A DNA stretch of 64,000 nucleotides from Octopus vulgaris (Eukaryota): the NCBI GenBank assembly GCA_951406725.2, contig OX597833.1, positions 73,346,001 to 73,410,000 on the forward strand, written 5' to 3'. The notes beneath the pieces are model-generated. The model ran no database searches. It worked only from the letters and a program-made list of their open reading frames with translations, and was not told the DNA's origin. Position numbers and translations under genes: made by a program. Each line of letters begins with the position of its first letter. Within the stretch, counting starts at the first letter, position 1. Shown one piece after another: positions 14,841 to 26,051 of the stretch.

Positions 14841-15520
14841 ATCATTATTCAGTTTTATTTCAAGATAGCTTGCCAGTAGTGAAAGAGTCGGTTTCTAACC
14901 TAGATCCGAGGCTCCTTTATTGGAATTTCAAAATCAACATCAGAGTATGTATGTATATGGGAAGATTTGTATGTTTTGTTTTATGTATGTATTCCCATGC
15001 ATATACTTGCATATCTAGACATGCTCATATATACTTCAATGAGAAACTTCCGAGAAGTTATGCAAATTTTTACAGTTCCAATGATCTATTGGATCTGTAG
15101 TCTTCGAATCAGCTTTCTCCTTTCTGGTTTTGAGAAGCCTCATTTCTCAATATTGGTATTTAGGCAGTGTGTTACATATCCCTGTAACCCCCAAAATACA
15201 TGCATAAACCCGAACTTGTAATCTTGATAGAATAACTATAGATTTCTCAATAGTTCAGCGCAGGTATTTTCTTTTTTGCTGATCTTTAACTTTATGTTGT
15301 CATCCTTTGAGCAGCTGATTCCCTCATCTGTACACAGTTTCTTTTCTACATCCCAAATTACTATGCCAGGTCTATTGTGTTTAGTCTTTTCTAAGGTTTC
15401 CACTGGGACATTTCACCGGCACTTTTTATGAATGGCTATGGCTTCAACCATACTGTGGGTTCTTATTTCTTTGTCCTCGGAGGTATCCTTTCGACAAATC
15501 TCATTATACCGTGCCTTAGC
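14841..15520 (-). mobile_element. R4/Dong-clade (RLE) LINE 3' end
   Basis: Homologous to 42945-43560 (shared 3' UTR ggtttctaacctagatcc and the RLE-coding segment). Ends in actgaataatgat on the minus strand. Confidence 0.8.
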
Positions 15521-15544
15521 CACAGTATGTATGTGTGCTTGTGT

Positions 15545-15595
<51 letters not shown>

Positions 15596-15939
15596 CACAT
15601 CTATGTATATATCTACTTTAAGTTCGTTTATGGGAAACGTTTTTGGGTACGCTTATAAAAGCTCTTATTTTATTTTGTCAGTTATAGCCTAATGATACCA
15701 ACTAGCAATAGCGGTTTTATGGGGTTGTACCGATCGGCACCAATATAACGTAGGATAAATATAGAAATAATAATTATAATCCATATATACACACACATGT
15801 ATGTATATATATATATATATATCTGTATATCTACATATGTATATACAGCATGGCTGCAGTCTAACGACTGAAAGAAGTAAAACAAAAAGATATACATATA
15901 AGTTTATATGTATGTATATGAATATATAAAAACGTCTCT

Positions 15940-16016
<77 letters not shown>

Positions 16017-16017
<1 letters not shown>

Positions 16018-16064
16018 TAGCAGAGATACCCGGCGTTGCTCGGGATTAAAATCGCATAGTTTTT
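16017..16064 (+). mobile_element. Helentron/HINE-like terminal segment
   Basis: actagcagagatacccggcgttgctcggg has a short hairpin after (TA)n. A near-identical copy is at 57789. Confidence 0.55.
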
Positions 16065-16079
16065 TATTGTTTTACTTGT

Positions 16080-17800
16080 TAGACCCAATGCTGCAAATGC
16101 TGCAGAAATCGCATTCAGCTGCATATCTTTCTGAGAATGTGCGAACAGGTCACAATCATCTGTATACAGCTATTTGAAAAACTATCGCAAAATATATAGC
16201 AAATAGTGTAGGAGCAGGAATATTACCTTGCTTTACATCATTTTATACAGAAATTAGATCTGATAAGGTACCTCTAACATTAACTCTCACTTCTATCTTG
16301 TCATGAAATTATCTAAGCATTCTCACAAATTTTTCAGGGTATCCTAGCATTTTTAGGATCTCCCAAAGAGCAATTCTATTGATAGAATCAAACGCTTTTG
16401 TTAGGTCAATGAAAACCTGGTATAAGTCCACATCCTGTTCAATGCACTTCTCTTGCAAATGTCTAGCCAAAAATATCATATCCATAGTACTCCTTCTATC
16501 CCTCAACCCACATTGCGATTCTGGTAGAACCTCATCAGCAATGTACAGAAGCAATCTATCCAGCATTACCCTACAGAGGACCTTTCCAGCAGCAGTTAAC
16601 AGACAGATGCCGCGATAATTATCACAGACATCCTTTCCACCTTTAGATTTATATAGTATCTCTATAGTTGCATCACGCCAATCTGGAGGAACCTCTTCAC
16701 TTTGCCAAACCTTCTGAATCACAATCGTCAACATTGCACAAAGATGATCACCACCATATTTATATATCTCTGCACCTAGTCCATCCATATCAGGGGCCTT
16801 TCCATTGTTCAATTTCCTGATTGCAAGTTTGGAACTTCTGCTATAAGATGTTTTATTGGTCTCTCGAGTATATTATCAAGAAAAGAGAGATCAACTTCAG
16901 TGAGTCTATTGAGCAACTCATCAAAATGTTCTTTCCATCTCCCAATAATATCTTTAGGATTTGTTAATAATTCTGTGCCATTCTTGCTCCGAAGTGGCAC
17001 AACCTTTGATGAATCTGGTCCATAAACTTTTTTCAAGAAAGGATGACCACCTGGTAGATCCTCAAGTTTTGAAACCAGAGTGGTTTTGATAGCAAATCCC
17101 ACTCCTGATTCTCTCTTACAGGTCTCCTCTCTACTGTTCCTAAATAAATGATACCCAGCAGATTTCTATGAAATTCCCCTTTCCATGAATTCTTGTTTCG
17201 ACTAACGCTACAACATCCATATCATATCGCTGTACCTCTTTTGAAACAAGCGCGGATCTTCTCTCTGGACAAGATTTCAGACAATCATTGTCTAATAACG
17301 TGCGAACATTCCAACATCCTATATTCATAGGTTTGCATCTTAACTTGAATTTACTCACAGTTGCAGGATGGCGACCGGATCCATGCTGTGGTGCCCTGGG
17401 ACACCTGCCGGGCCAGACCACAGAACAAAATGTTCCAGAGTCTTTTTTGCCATTCACTTCTTTATCAATATCAACTTCCATTGTTTGGATTTGCCTTTTT
17501 TAAGCTTCGGCCGGCCATATACATACAAGATGTCCATTTCTTTTTCCTCTCCAGCAATACCTGTGCTTGACACTTTTTAAAGTGAGGAAAAGTTTTGCAC
17601 AGCAATCATTCCCAGTTTCTAAACTAAAAATCATGATCCAAAAAAGAAGAGCAAGTTGACATCATTGGGTGCATTTGCAGTCGTAGGTTTTATATCCGAG
17701 TGTCCTTCTCCGAGTCTTTCCCCAACTAAAGGCTAACTACAAGACAGCAGTGAAGTATTTAAATTCAGAGTTAATTTCTCTTAGACTGATTTCGCTATGC
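16080..17800 (-). mobile_element. RTE-clade LINE relic (5' UTR, APE endonuclease start, RT) with internal deletions
   Basis: IGCWNVRTL...DVVALVETR (EN), GVGFAIK, KAPDMDGL, NYRGICLL, LPESQCGLR, FIDLTKAFDSINR, KQGNIPAPTLF and LYTDDCDL on the minus strand. Confidence 0.9.
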
Positions 17801-17984
17801 CTTGGAAAAACAGAGGAACTCTATCCACCCCTCATTTATTTATTTAAAAAAAATTAAAATAAGAGAAATAGATACAAATTAAAAATTGAGATGACTGAGT
17901 GAAGTTAAAAATAAGATTGACATACAATATATACAATTTAAAAACACAATATGTACACACACATGCTGAAATACAGTATTAAAC

Positions 17985-18039
<55 letters not shown>

Positions 18040-18303
18040 AAGAGAGAGAGAGAGAGCACCTAAAATGCAATATATACAATACACACTCACAAACACTCGA
18101 CAAACACACGTAGTTGAATGGCCGTTGACTACTTTGTAGTCCCTCCGCCCTTTGATGGATCTTATTTTTTTGTCCCGCAGGGTGTTCAACAAGCACCCAC
18201 TTCACCAAGCAAGCCTGGTAGGGTTGCCAATTTAGTCACCGACGACCTGACCATGGAACAGGTTGTACTGGACTACATGGTACCAGTAGCACTCAAGAGA
18301 GAC

Positions 18304-18365
<62 letters not shown>

Positions 18366-18559
18366 CATATAAATTTGACTTGAGCGATTCTTTCTTGTCT
18401 TGGGACTTACGGTGAAACTGCTGAGTGGAATAGCACGGAAAATTATACAGATGTGTAGAATGATCCGGTGGTGTTGCTGGGCTTTGTATTATTTTCGTAG
18501 CTCCCATGGTTACTGATATAATCCACTATAATCATACTCTTGCGTTTATGAATGAGAAA

Positions 18560-18700
18560 GAAAGGGGTGATAGAGGAATAAGGAAGGAAGGGGTGATAGG
18601 GGAATAAGGAAGGAAGGGGTGATAGAAGAATAAGGAAGGAAGGGATGATAAATGAATGAGGAAGGAAGAGGTGATAGAGGAATAAGGAAGGAAGGGGTGA
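18560..18700. repeat. ~26-bp tandem repeat (aaggggtgatagaggaataaggaagg) x5
   Basis: Directly visible. Confidence 0.85.
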
Positions 18701-19090
18701 TGTCATACTTAGTAGTGGGATGATGAAAACAGTACGCTGAAAAAATAAATCAAACAGCATTTAATCTCTGTCTGAATGTATGTGTGTGTATGTAACCGGG
18801 GGTATGTGAATGTGTGTGTGCGTGTGTTTTTGCGTGCGCGCGCAATAGAAGAAGGATGGTTCAACTTTGTTGGCTCAGTATTTGGATTTATCTTTTGATT
18901 TGGTTCAATCGTAGTTCGTTTTTTTTTTTGTTGGTCATTTACTTTTAGCATTTTGACAGGAAAAAAGTCATTCTAAAATTGTGAGCTGAAACTAGATAAA
19001 ATAAATACCCAAACAAGTCAAAGACTTACACAGAGCAGGTTTTTCAGCCACATCATCCAAACCGACCGGTGAAACTGAGCTTAGCTGCTA

Positions 19091-19129
<39 letters not shown>

Positions 19130-19201
19130 ATATATTGTGAAATTTGATTTAGAATTGCTAAATTGGATTTTTCCCTATAAGTTTGGAATTATATTCCCTA
19201 C

Positions 19202-19313
<112 letters not shown>

Positions 19314-19346
19314 CATTATATATATAATATTACATTATATATGTGA

Positions 19347-19676
19347 AGGCGCATGGCTCAGCGGTTGGAGCGTCGAGCTTAGGATCGTGATGTTGTGAGT
19401 TCGAATCCTGGACCGGGTTGCGTGTTGTGTTCTTGAGCAAGATAGTTTATTTTATGTTGCTCCAGTTCACTCAGCTGTAGAAATGAGTTGCGACGTCACA
19501 GGTGCCAAGTTGTATCAGCCTTTGCCTTTCCTTTGGATAACACTGGTGACGTGGAGAGGAGAGGCCGGTATGCATGGCCGACTGGTGGTCTTCCATAAGC
19601 AACCTATGCCCAGATTTGTGCCTGGAAGGGTAACTTTCTAAGTGCAATCCCATGGTCATTCATGACGGAAGGGGGT
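19347..19676 (+). mobile_element. tRNA-derived SINE, family C (V-domain-like)
   Basis: A-box tggctcagcgg, B-box agttcgaatcc, then tgtgttcttgagcaagat...gttgctccagttcactcagctgtagaaatgagt. Confidence 0.8.
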
Positions 19677-19680
19677 CTCA

Positions 19681-19724
<44 letters not shown>

Positions 19725-19802
19725 TACATTATATATATATATATGCACGCACACACACGCGCCTATATACAAGCATACTCGCACACGTCTATATACGCAC
19801 AC

Positions 19803-20659
19803 TACTTACTTGTACTTGTGGCGACATTCACCCTGGGCGGGTTGAGTCGACTTCTAGCACCCTCGAAGCATCTCGAACCATGGCAGCCCACGCACGACAG
19901 GCCTGCGCCAGTTCACTGGAGATATCGGGCCAGTCACTGTTCCATCGACGCAGGCCGACCACCTGCGGATCCGTGAGCACGGAGAGGTCCTCCTTGATCG
20001 TCGTAGCCCAGGTCTTCAGCTGCCCGCTCGCGCGTTTCCGCCAGTTGGGAAGTGGAGTTGGGAGAAGGACATCACGACTCGGTTCACCCACCGGACGCCT
20101 ACATGCATGGCCAAACCACCGCAAGCGCCATTGCAGAAGGACAGATGAAAGGGGCCGCAGGGATAGGCGAAGTCGAAGATTGGCGGTGGGAACACGATCC
20201 ACCCGACGGCAGCGAAGAATGCACCGGAAGCAGTCATTGTCGAAGACTTCTAGCCTTCGTTGATCGACCACCCGCATAGATCACGTTTCACAGCCATGTA
20301 GAAGTACTGTACGAACGACGGCCTGATATATTCGCCCTTTGGTCACCGATGAGATCTCCCTTCGGTCCCACAGACACCGCTTTAGGCGTCCAAAGGCAGA
20401 TCGAGCAGCATTGATGCGATGATCGACCTCAGCAGCACCCTGACCGTTTGGGATCACCGTTGAGCCCAAGTAGACGAAAGACTCGACATCCTCCAGGTCC
20501 TCACCCGCGAGAGATATTGGCTGCCAGATGTCAGTCGGAACCAATGACCTCATCACCTTCGACTTGGCGGCATTGGTTCGGAGACCAACCGCGGTTGCTG
20601 ACGTTTGAACCCTTTCGAGAGCCACCTGAACATCCTCCCTGCTTGCACCCTATGAATTC
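19803..20659 (-). mobile_element. 5'-truncated GC-rich RTE-clade LINE with 15-bp TSD
   Basis: FVYLGS, IYQAVVRTVLLHGCET and LRWFGHACR motifs, ending STRPG*. Tail caagtacaagtaagta. tctatatacgcacac occurs at both 19788-19802 and 20660-20674. Confidence 0.9.
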
Positions 20660-20970
20660 TCTATATACGCACACACACACGTGCGCACAAAAAAGTTCAT
20701 ACACACGACTATATGCGCCTATACACATGAAAAAACAGGGCTAAAGGCAAAAATACAGGAAAATGTGTAAAAAAACAATGAGTAAAACACGTCTATATAC
20801 GCACATAATCGCATGCACGTACACATGAACACAGCTATATACCCACATACCCGCACAACACGCACACATCCACACGCGCGCACAAAGGATTCCATATACA
20901 CGTCTATATACGCACAGGGAAAATACAGAATGGAAGGTAGAATATAGAAATATATATATATGTATGTATA

Positions 20971-22245
20971 TTGGGTTGGTAACTAAGTTCCTGCCATTTC
21001 TTTAAATTTTGGAATTTATTGAGTTTTTAAATTTTGGAATCAATTTTTTTTTCGAGAATTCTATTTTTGAATAAATTTGGAATCTTTTTTTTTTTGTTCT
21101 AGTTAATTTTAGTTAATTTTTGTTTATGGAATGTCAAATTAAGAAAAACGAGCATTTTCGACACCTCCTTCTTTTTGCTTTTAATCAAGGTTCTAAGGGC
21201 GCAAAAGCTGCTCGCGACATTTGTACAGTGTATGGAGAGGGTGCCATAGCTGAAAGAACCACTCGTGATTGGTATGCCAAATTCAAAAATGGAAATTTTG
21301 ACATCAAAGACGCACCTCGTTCTGGCCGTCCAGTTGAGTTCGATGAAGAGCGATTAAACCAACTTTTGCACGAAAATTCTCGTCAAATGACAAGGGAACT
21401 GGCAGAGAAAATGGAGTGCTCCCACACTGCTATAGATAAGCATCTTCACTCGATGGGAAAGTTTCAGATGTATGGAGCATGGCTTCAGCTTTCTTTAAGT
21501 GACAACAACAAAAATCAACGAGCCACGATCTCCGCTGGTTTGCTTGCTCGTCACCGCTCAACTCATGGGCACAAGCAACGATTTATTTACCGAATCGCTA
21601 CTGGCGATGAAAAATGGTGCCTGTACATCAATATGAAGCAGCATAAGAAATGGCATAGCCTCGGTAAACAAGCGACACCGCGCGATAAACAACATCTTCG
21701 TTCGCGTAAAACGATGTTGTGCGTATGGTGGGACTAGGAAAGGATTATCCTTTACGAATTGCTTGAACGGAACCAAACGGCCAACTCGGAACTCTATGTT
21801 CAAGAGAGGGAACGACTCAACACGGCTATTCAAGGGAAAAGGCCTCATCGGCAGCATGGAGTTCTGATGCATGACAACGCCCGCCCTCATATCGCCAATA
21901 TGACCAAGGGAGCCATTCAAACGCATAGCTGGGAAGTGCTGCCACACCCGCCGTACTCTCCTGATTTGGCACCAACAGATTTCTATCTATTTCGATCTCT
22001 TTCAAATGCTATGCGTGGAGTTTCGTTCAATACTCATGCAGAATTGAGAGCTTGGTTGGATCAATTCTTCGAGTCGAAATCGGGTGATTTCTACCAACGA
22101 GGTATTGAAAATCTTGTTGAACGTTGGGAAGAAGTTGTAAACAACAAGGGTGAATACATTATTGATTAATTAGTTGTTACTTTTTATTAAACTTTTTAAA
22201 AGTTTAAAATTAAAAAAAACGGCGGCAACCTAGTTGCCAGCCCAA
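20971..22245 (+). mobile_element. Full-length mariner (mellifera-subfamily-like) DNA transposon
   Basis: TIRs ttgggttggtaactaagttcctgcc / ggcggcaacctagttgccagcccaa, about 1275 bp, with TA on the left flank. Confidence 0.93.
21126..22169 (+). pseudogene. Mariner DD34D transposase with one in-frame stop (21735-21737)
   Basis: HFRHLLLF N-terminus, D.PRSGRP, TGDEKW, HDNARPH and YSPDLAPTDFYLF. ORFs 21120-21737 and 21759-22169 are in the same frame. Confidence 0.92.
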
Positions 22246-22988
22246 TCATGCACCAATCCGTGTGTACGGAAGATAGCATCCATTGGTATGTGTGTATCTA
22301 CGCATCATTTATGTATGCAGATAGATGTGTTTCTGTAAGTGCAATGAATATAGCTTGATTGCATGCAGAAAGCTTCTTCAGTTGCTCAATTTTGCATTTG
22401 CTATTGTTCTGTAGCAGGCCTCATATTCATTAGTAGAAATGGTGTTGGTGTGATAGGTCGAGGGTACATAGCTCAGCTTTGTCTGTAGCCTGGACAACCG
22501 TTGCACTATTTCCTATATATAGTTATAATATATTCTATTAAGAACGTAGTAGAGTACAATATAAAACTCCCCCGCGTTCAAACATCACCCTGTGCTATCC
22601 AGTGATAGCATTATACTTACTTCCAGGATTGCATACATATCTAGTCTCTTCTCTCTATCTACTTACCCATAGCAGAAGATTCTCAAAATTTCATTTACAC
22701 CACAAGACCCCTTTGAATGAACAGCACATGGGATTTATATCTCCACATTATTCACTTGTAATAACAAAATATGAACTCCTATCGGAATCTATATATCATG
22801 GACAAGAAGCATTTCTACCTATTCTACACACGAGTTTCCTTGGATAATGGAATTGCAACTGTAACATCCTACATATATTTTTACTTTTATTTTTATTCTT
22901 ATTTCCCTTTATACTTCTTATATCCTTCCTTTTTCAAAATAGCCCATTATATTGAACTCTATTTCCGTCTAGTTAACTCTCTAATATC

Positions 22989-23036
22989 ATCTCTGATGAA
23001 GGGATATCTATAATATCCCAGAAACAGATGTAAGAC
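22989..23036 (+). ncRNA. Type I hammerhead ribozyme (Penelope-type, short near-palindromic stem III)
   Basis: tct-CTGATGA-a-gggata/tatccc-a-GAAAC-agat-GTA-aga. Predicted cleavage after 23032. Confidence 0.8.
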
Positions 23037-23162
23037 TAACAACCTCTTTATAAATATCCTATGAATTCCACATAGCCTTGGTTTTGTTGTTTCATTTTAT
23101 GTAACACACACACATATATACAGAGAGAGAGGGGGGAGAAAGAGAGAAAGAGAAAGAAAGAA

Positions 23163-23233
<71 letters not shown>

Positions 23234-23989
23234 CACGCCTACACACACAGTTGAACAAATATTTCTATTTTATAGTTTTTGTTTTAGCAAAGTAACTCTG
23301 CTTCCTCGAATTCAATAGGTTGTGTTTGAAACAGAATATTTTGAATCACTTCACGCAGTCACATTATCTCAGAAAATTTGTTTGTGGTTGTGACGTTTAG
23401 AATGTATTCTATTAATAACAGTAAGTTATAACAGAGTCAGTAAGTTGTATACGATATATAACATCAAAGAATTAATAAAAATTGTGTAATCAGACAACTT
23501 CATTTCATAACACATACATATGTAAAACTTTTTCATAAACATTATTTAGCAGTTCAGACACAGTAGTATAATAAGTATGTAAATGTGTAAATGCATAGGT
23601 AACTGAATCGGTAGATAACTGAATGAACAATATTAATAGGTTGTATTTATTTACGAGATTTTCCGGTTTATTATATATTATCATTGATTTCATTAGGCAT
23701 TAGTTAGCCGTTTATCTATAAACATATTTACATATCTATGTACTCTATCTAATGCATTGCGTTCTTTATCTGATAACGCTTGTTATAAATAAAATTCATT
23801 TCAATATCTCTTATAATTCTTACATTACTATAAGTAATTGTATAGATTTTATGTGTATATGTTTTGTATTATACTGTCTGTATTACTAAAAAATTGTTTA
23901 TCAAGCAGTATTACGTCAGCGTCTTTTACTTAACATGAAATTACGTCGTTTGATTACACAGACAGTTTGTAATTATTGGTATGATATAA

Positions 23990-24390
23990 AGGCGGCGAGA
24001 TGGCAGAAACGTTAGCACGCGGGCGAAAATGCTTACCGGTATTTCGTCTGCCGTTACGTTGTGAGTTCAAATTCCGCCGAGGTCGACTTTGCCTTTCATC
24101 CTTTAGGTGTCGATTAAATAAGTACCAGTTACGCACTGGGGGTTGATGTAATCGACTTAATCCGTTTGCCTGTCCTTGTTTGTCCTCTCTGTATTTAGCC
24201 CCTTGTGTGTAGTAAAGAAATAAGTATTTCGTCTGTCTTTACTTTCTGTGTTCAAATTCTGCCGAGGTCGACTTTGCCTTTCATCCTTTTCCGCCGATAA
24301 ATTAAGTACCAGTTGCGTACTGGGGTCGATCGAATCCACTGGCCCCTCCCCACAAAATTACGGGCATTGTGCCTGGAGTAGAAAAGAATT
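23990..24390 (+). mobile_element. tRNA-derived SINE, family B (Meta-domain-like, internally duplicated)
   Basis: Head ggcggcgagatggcagaaacgttagc, B-box gagttcaaattcc, and gcctttcatcc...gtcgat..aagtaccagt present twice. Confidence 0.85.
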
Positions 24391-24547
24391 ATTGACATGA
24401 TATATTGTGAAGAAATTTTTTGACTGCTCAGAATCAAATTCACTCTAAATGTTGAAGCAGAAATATTCCGAAATAATTCAACTTTGTGTTCACAGGCTCA
24501 CACTGTCCTGTATGGAGAAATGTGTGCGTATACCCGAAATATAAAAT

Positions 24548-24840
24548 TCCAGTTGATTCGATCAACGCAGCAGCCTGCTTGTGAAGTTAACGTGCAAGTG
24601 GCTGAGCACTCCACACAAACGTGTACCTTTAACGTAATTCTCAGGAAGATTCAGCGTGACACAAGGAGTGACAAAGTTGGCCCTTAAAATTACATGTACC
24701 ACTAATTTTTGCCAGTTCAGTGGGCTGGAGCAACGTAAAATAAAGTATCTTGCTACAGGACGCAATGCGCCGCTGGTTTTCGAACTCACAACCTTACGAT
24801 TGTGATCGGAATATTCTGACCATAACCACACACCTTCACA
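24548..24840 (-). mobile_element. tRNA-derived SINE (family C-like head, different body)
   Basis: Minus-strand head gtgaaggtgtgtggttatggtc...gagttcgaaaacc, followed by agcaagatactttattttacgttgctccag as in the 19347 copy. Confidence 0.75.
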
Positions 24841-24872
24841 TACCCTCACACACATATATTCACGTATATATG

Positions 24873-24991
<119 letters not shown>

Positions 24992-25009
24992 TTATTTATT
25001 TATTTATTT

Positions 25010-25502
25010 AAGTAGTTGAATGAATTATCTTAGTATGGATAATTCGGTTAACCGATACCTGGGTAGCAAATTCACGTCAGAAAAACACGGTTGAAGCTAC
25101 ATGCCAAGGGCAGAGATCACGTACTTTCGTGTGGAAATTTGTGTGTTTTTTTAATACAAATAAATGAAAGAATGGAGTTGAACGACGATTTAACAAAATT
25201 CCTTTATTCTCAACATATGTTTCGAAGGCTGCATATTCCTAATTTCGAAGGAATAAGGGGTGCATTATGCCGCCTTCTCCCACACGGAGCCCATAGCGAT
25301 TATCGCTATGGGCTCTGTGTGGGCAGTCATCTAAAAGTTTTTGTTCATCTTGATGCTGACATAAGTTCCTTGTTTTTCCTGATGAGAAGGCGGCATAATG
25401 CATCCCTTATTCCTTCGAAATTAGGAATATGCAGCCTTCGAAACATATGTCGAGAATAAAGGAATTTTGTTAAATCGTTGTTCAACTCCATTCTTTCATT
25501 TA
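25010..25502. mobile_element. Fold-back hammerhead element (Penelope-like pLTR derivative)
   Basis: Inverted arms 25161-25279 / 25384-25502, a nested 22-bp hairpin at 25279-25323, and a one-sided tail 25010-25160 homologous (reversed) to 35425-35570. Confidence 0.8.
25374..25456 (+). ncRNA. Type I hammerhead ribozyme with extended stem II
   Basis: ttttc-CTGATGA-gaaggcggcata...tatgcagccttc-GAAAC-atat-GTC-gagaa. Predicted cleavage after 25451. Confidence 0.85.
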
Positions 25503-25549
25503 TATATATATATGTTCAACTCCATTCTTTCATTTATATATATACACAT

Positions 25550-25842
25550 TTTTTTTTTACGTGACCGACCAGACCATCAGATGTCGCTGGTCACAATGCG
25601 TTCGCATTGTTTTAGCCTTCGAATGACGCCACCCCGCTGGCTAAGCGAGCAGGCCAACAGAAGAAAGAGTGAGAGAAACAGTGGTGAAAGAGTTCAGCAG
25701 GAATCACCACCCCCTGCCGGAGCCTCGTGGAGCTTTTAGGTGTTTTCGTTCAATAAACAGTCACAACGCCCGGTCTGGGAATCGAAACCGCGATCCTACG
25801 ACCGCGAGTCCGCTGCCCTAACCACTGAACCATTGCGCCTCC
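25550..25842 (-). mobile_element. tRNA-derived SINE, family D
   Basis: Minus-strand head ggaggcgcaatggttcagtggttagggcagcggactcgcggtcgtaggatcgcggtttcgattccc has A and B boxes; A-rich tail. Confidence 0.85.
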
Positions 25843-25851
25843 ACACACTCT

Positions 25852-25950
<99 letters not shown>

Positions 25951-25951
25951 G

Positions 25952-26050
<99 letters not shown>

Positions 26051-26051
26051 T

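Noticed and set aside
19347-19420. tRNA-like sequences with A/B boxes (also at 23990, 25770 and 31087)
   Set aside because: They are SINE heads continuing into repeat bodies and lack complete cloverleafs, so they are not called as tRNA genes.
23246-24490. Possible very old TIR pair (cacagttgaa / ttcaactttgtg)
   Set aside because: The similarity is too patchy to support by eye.
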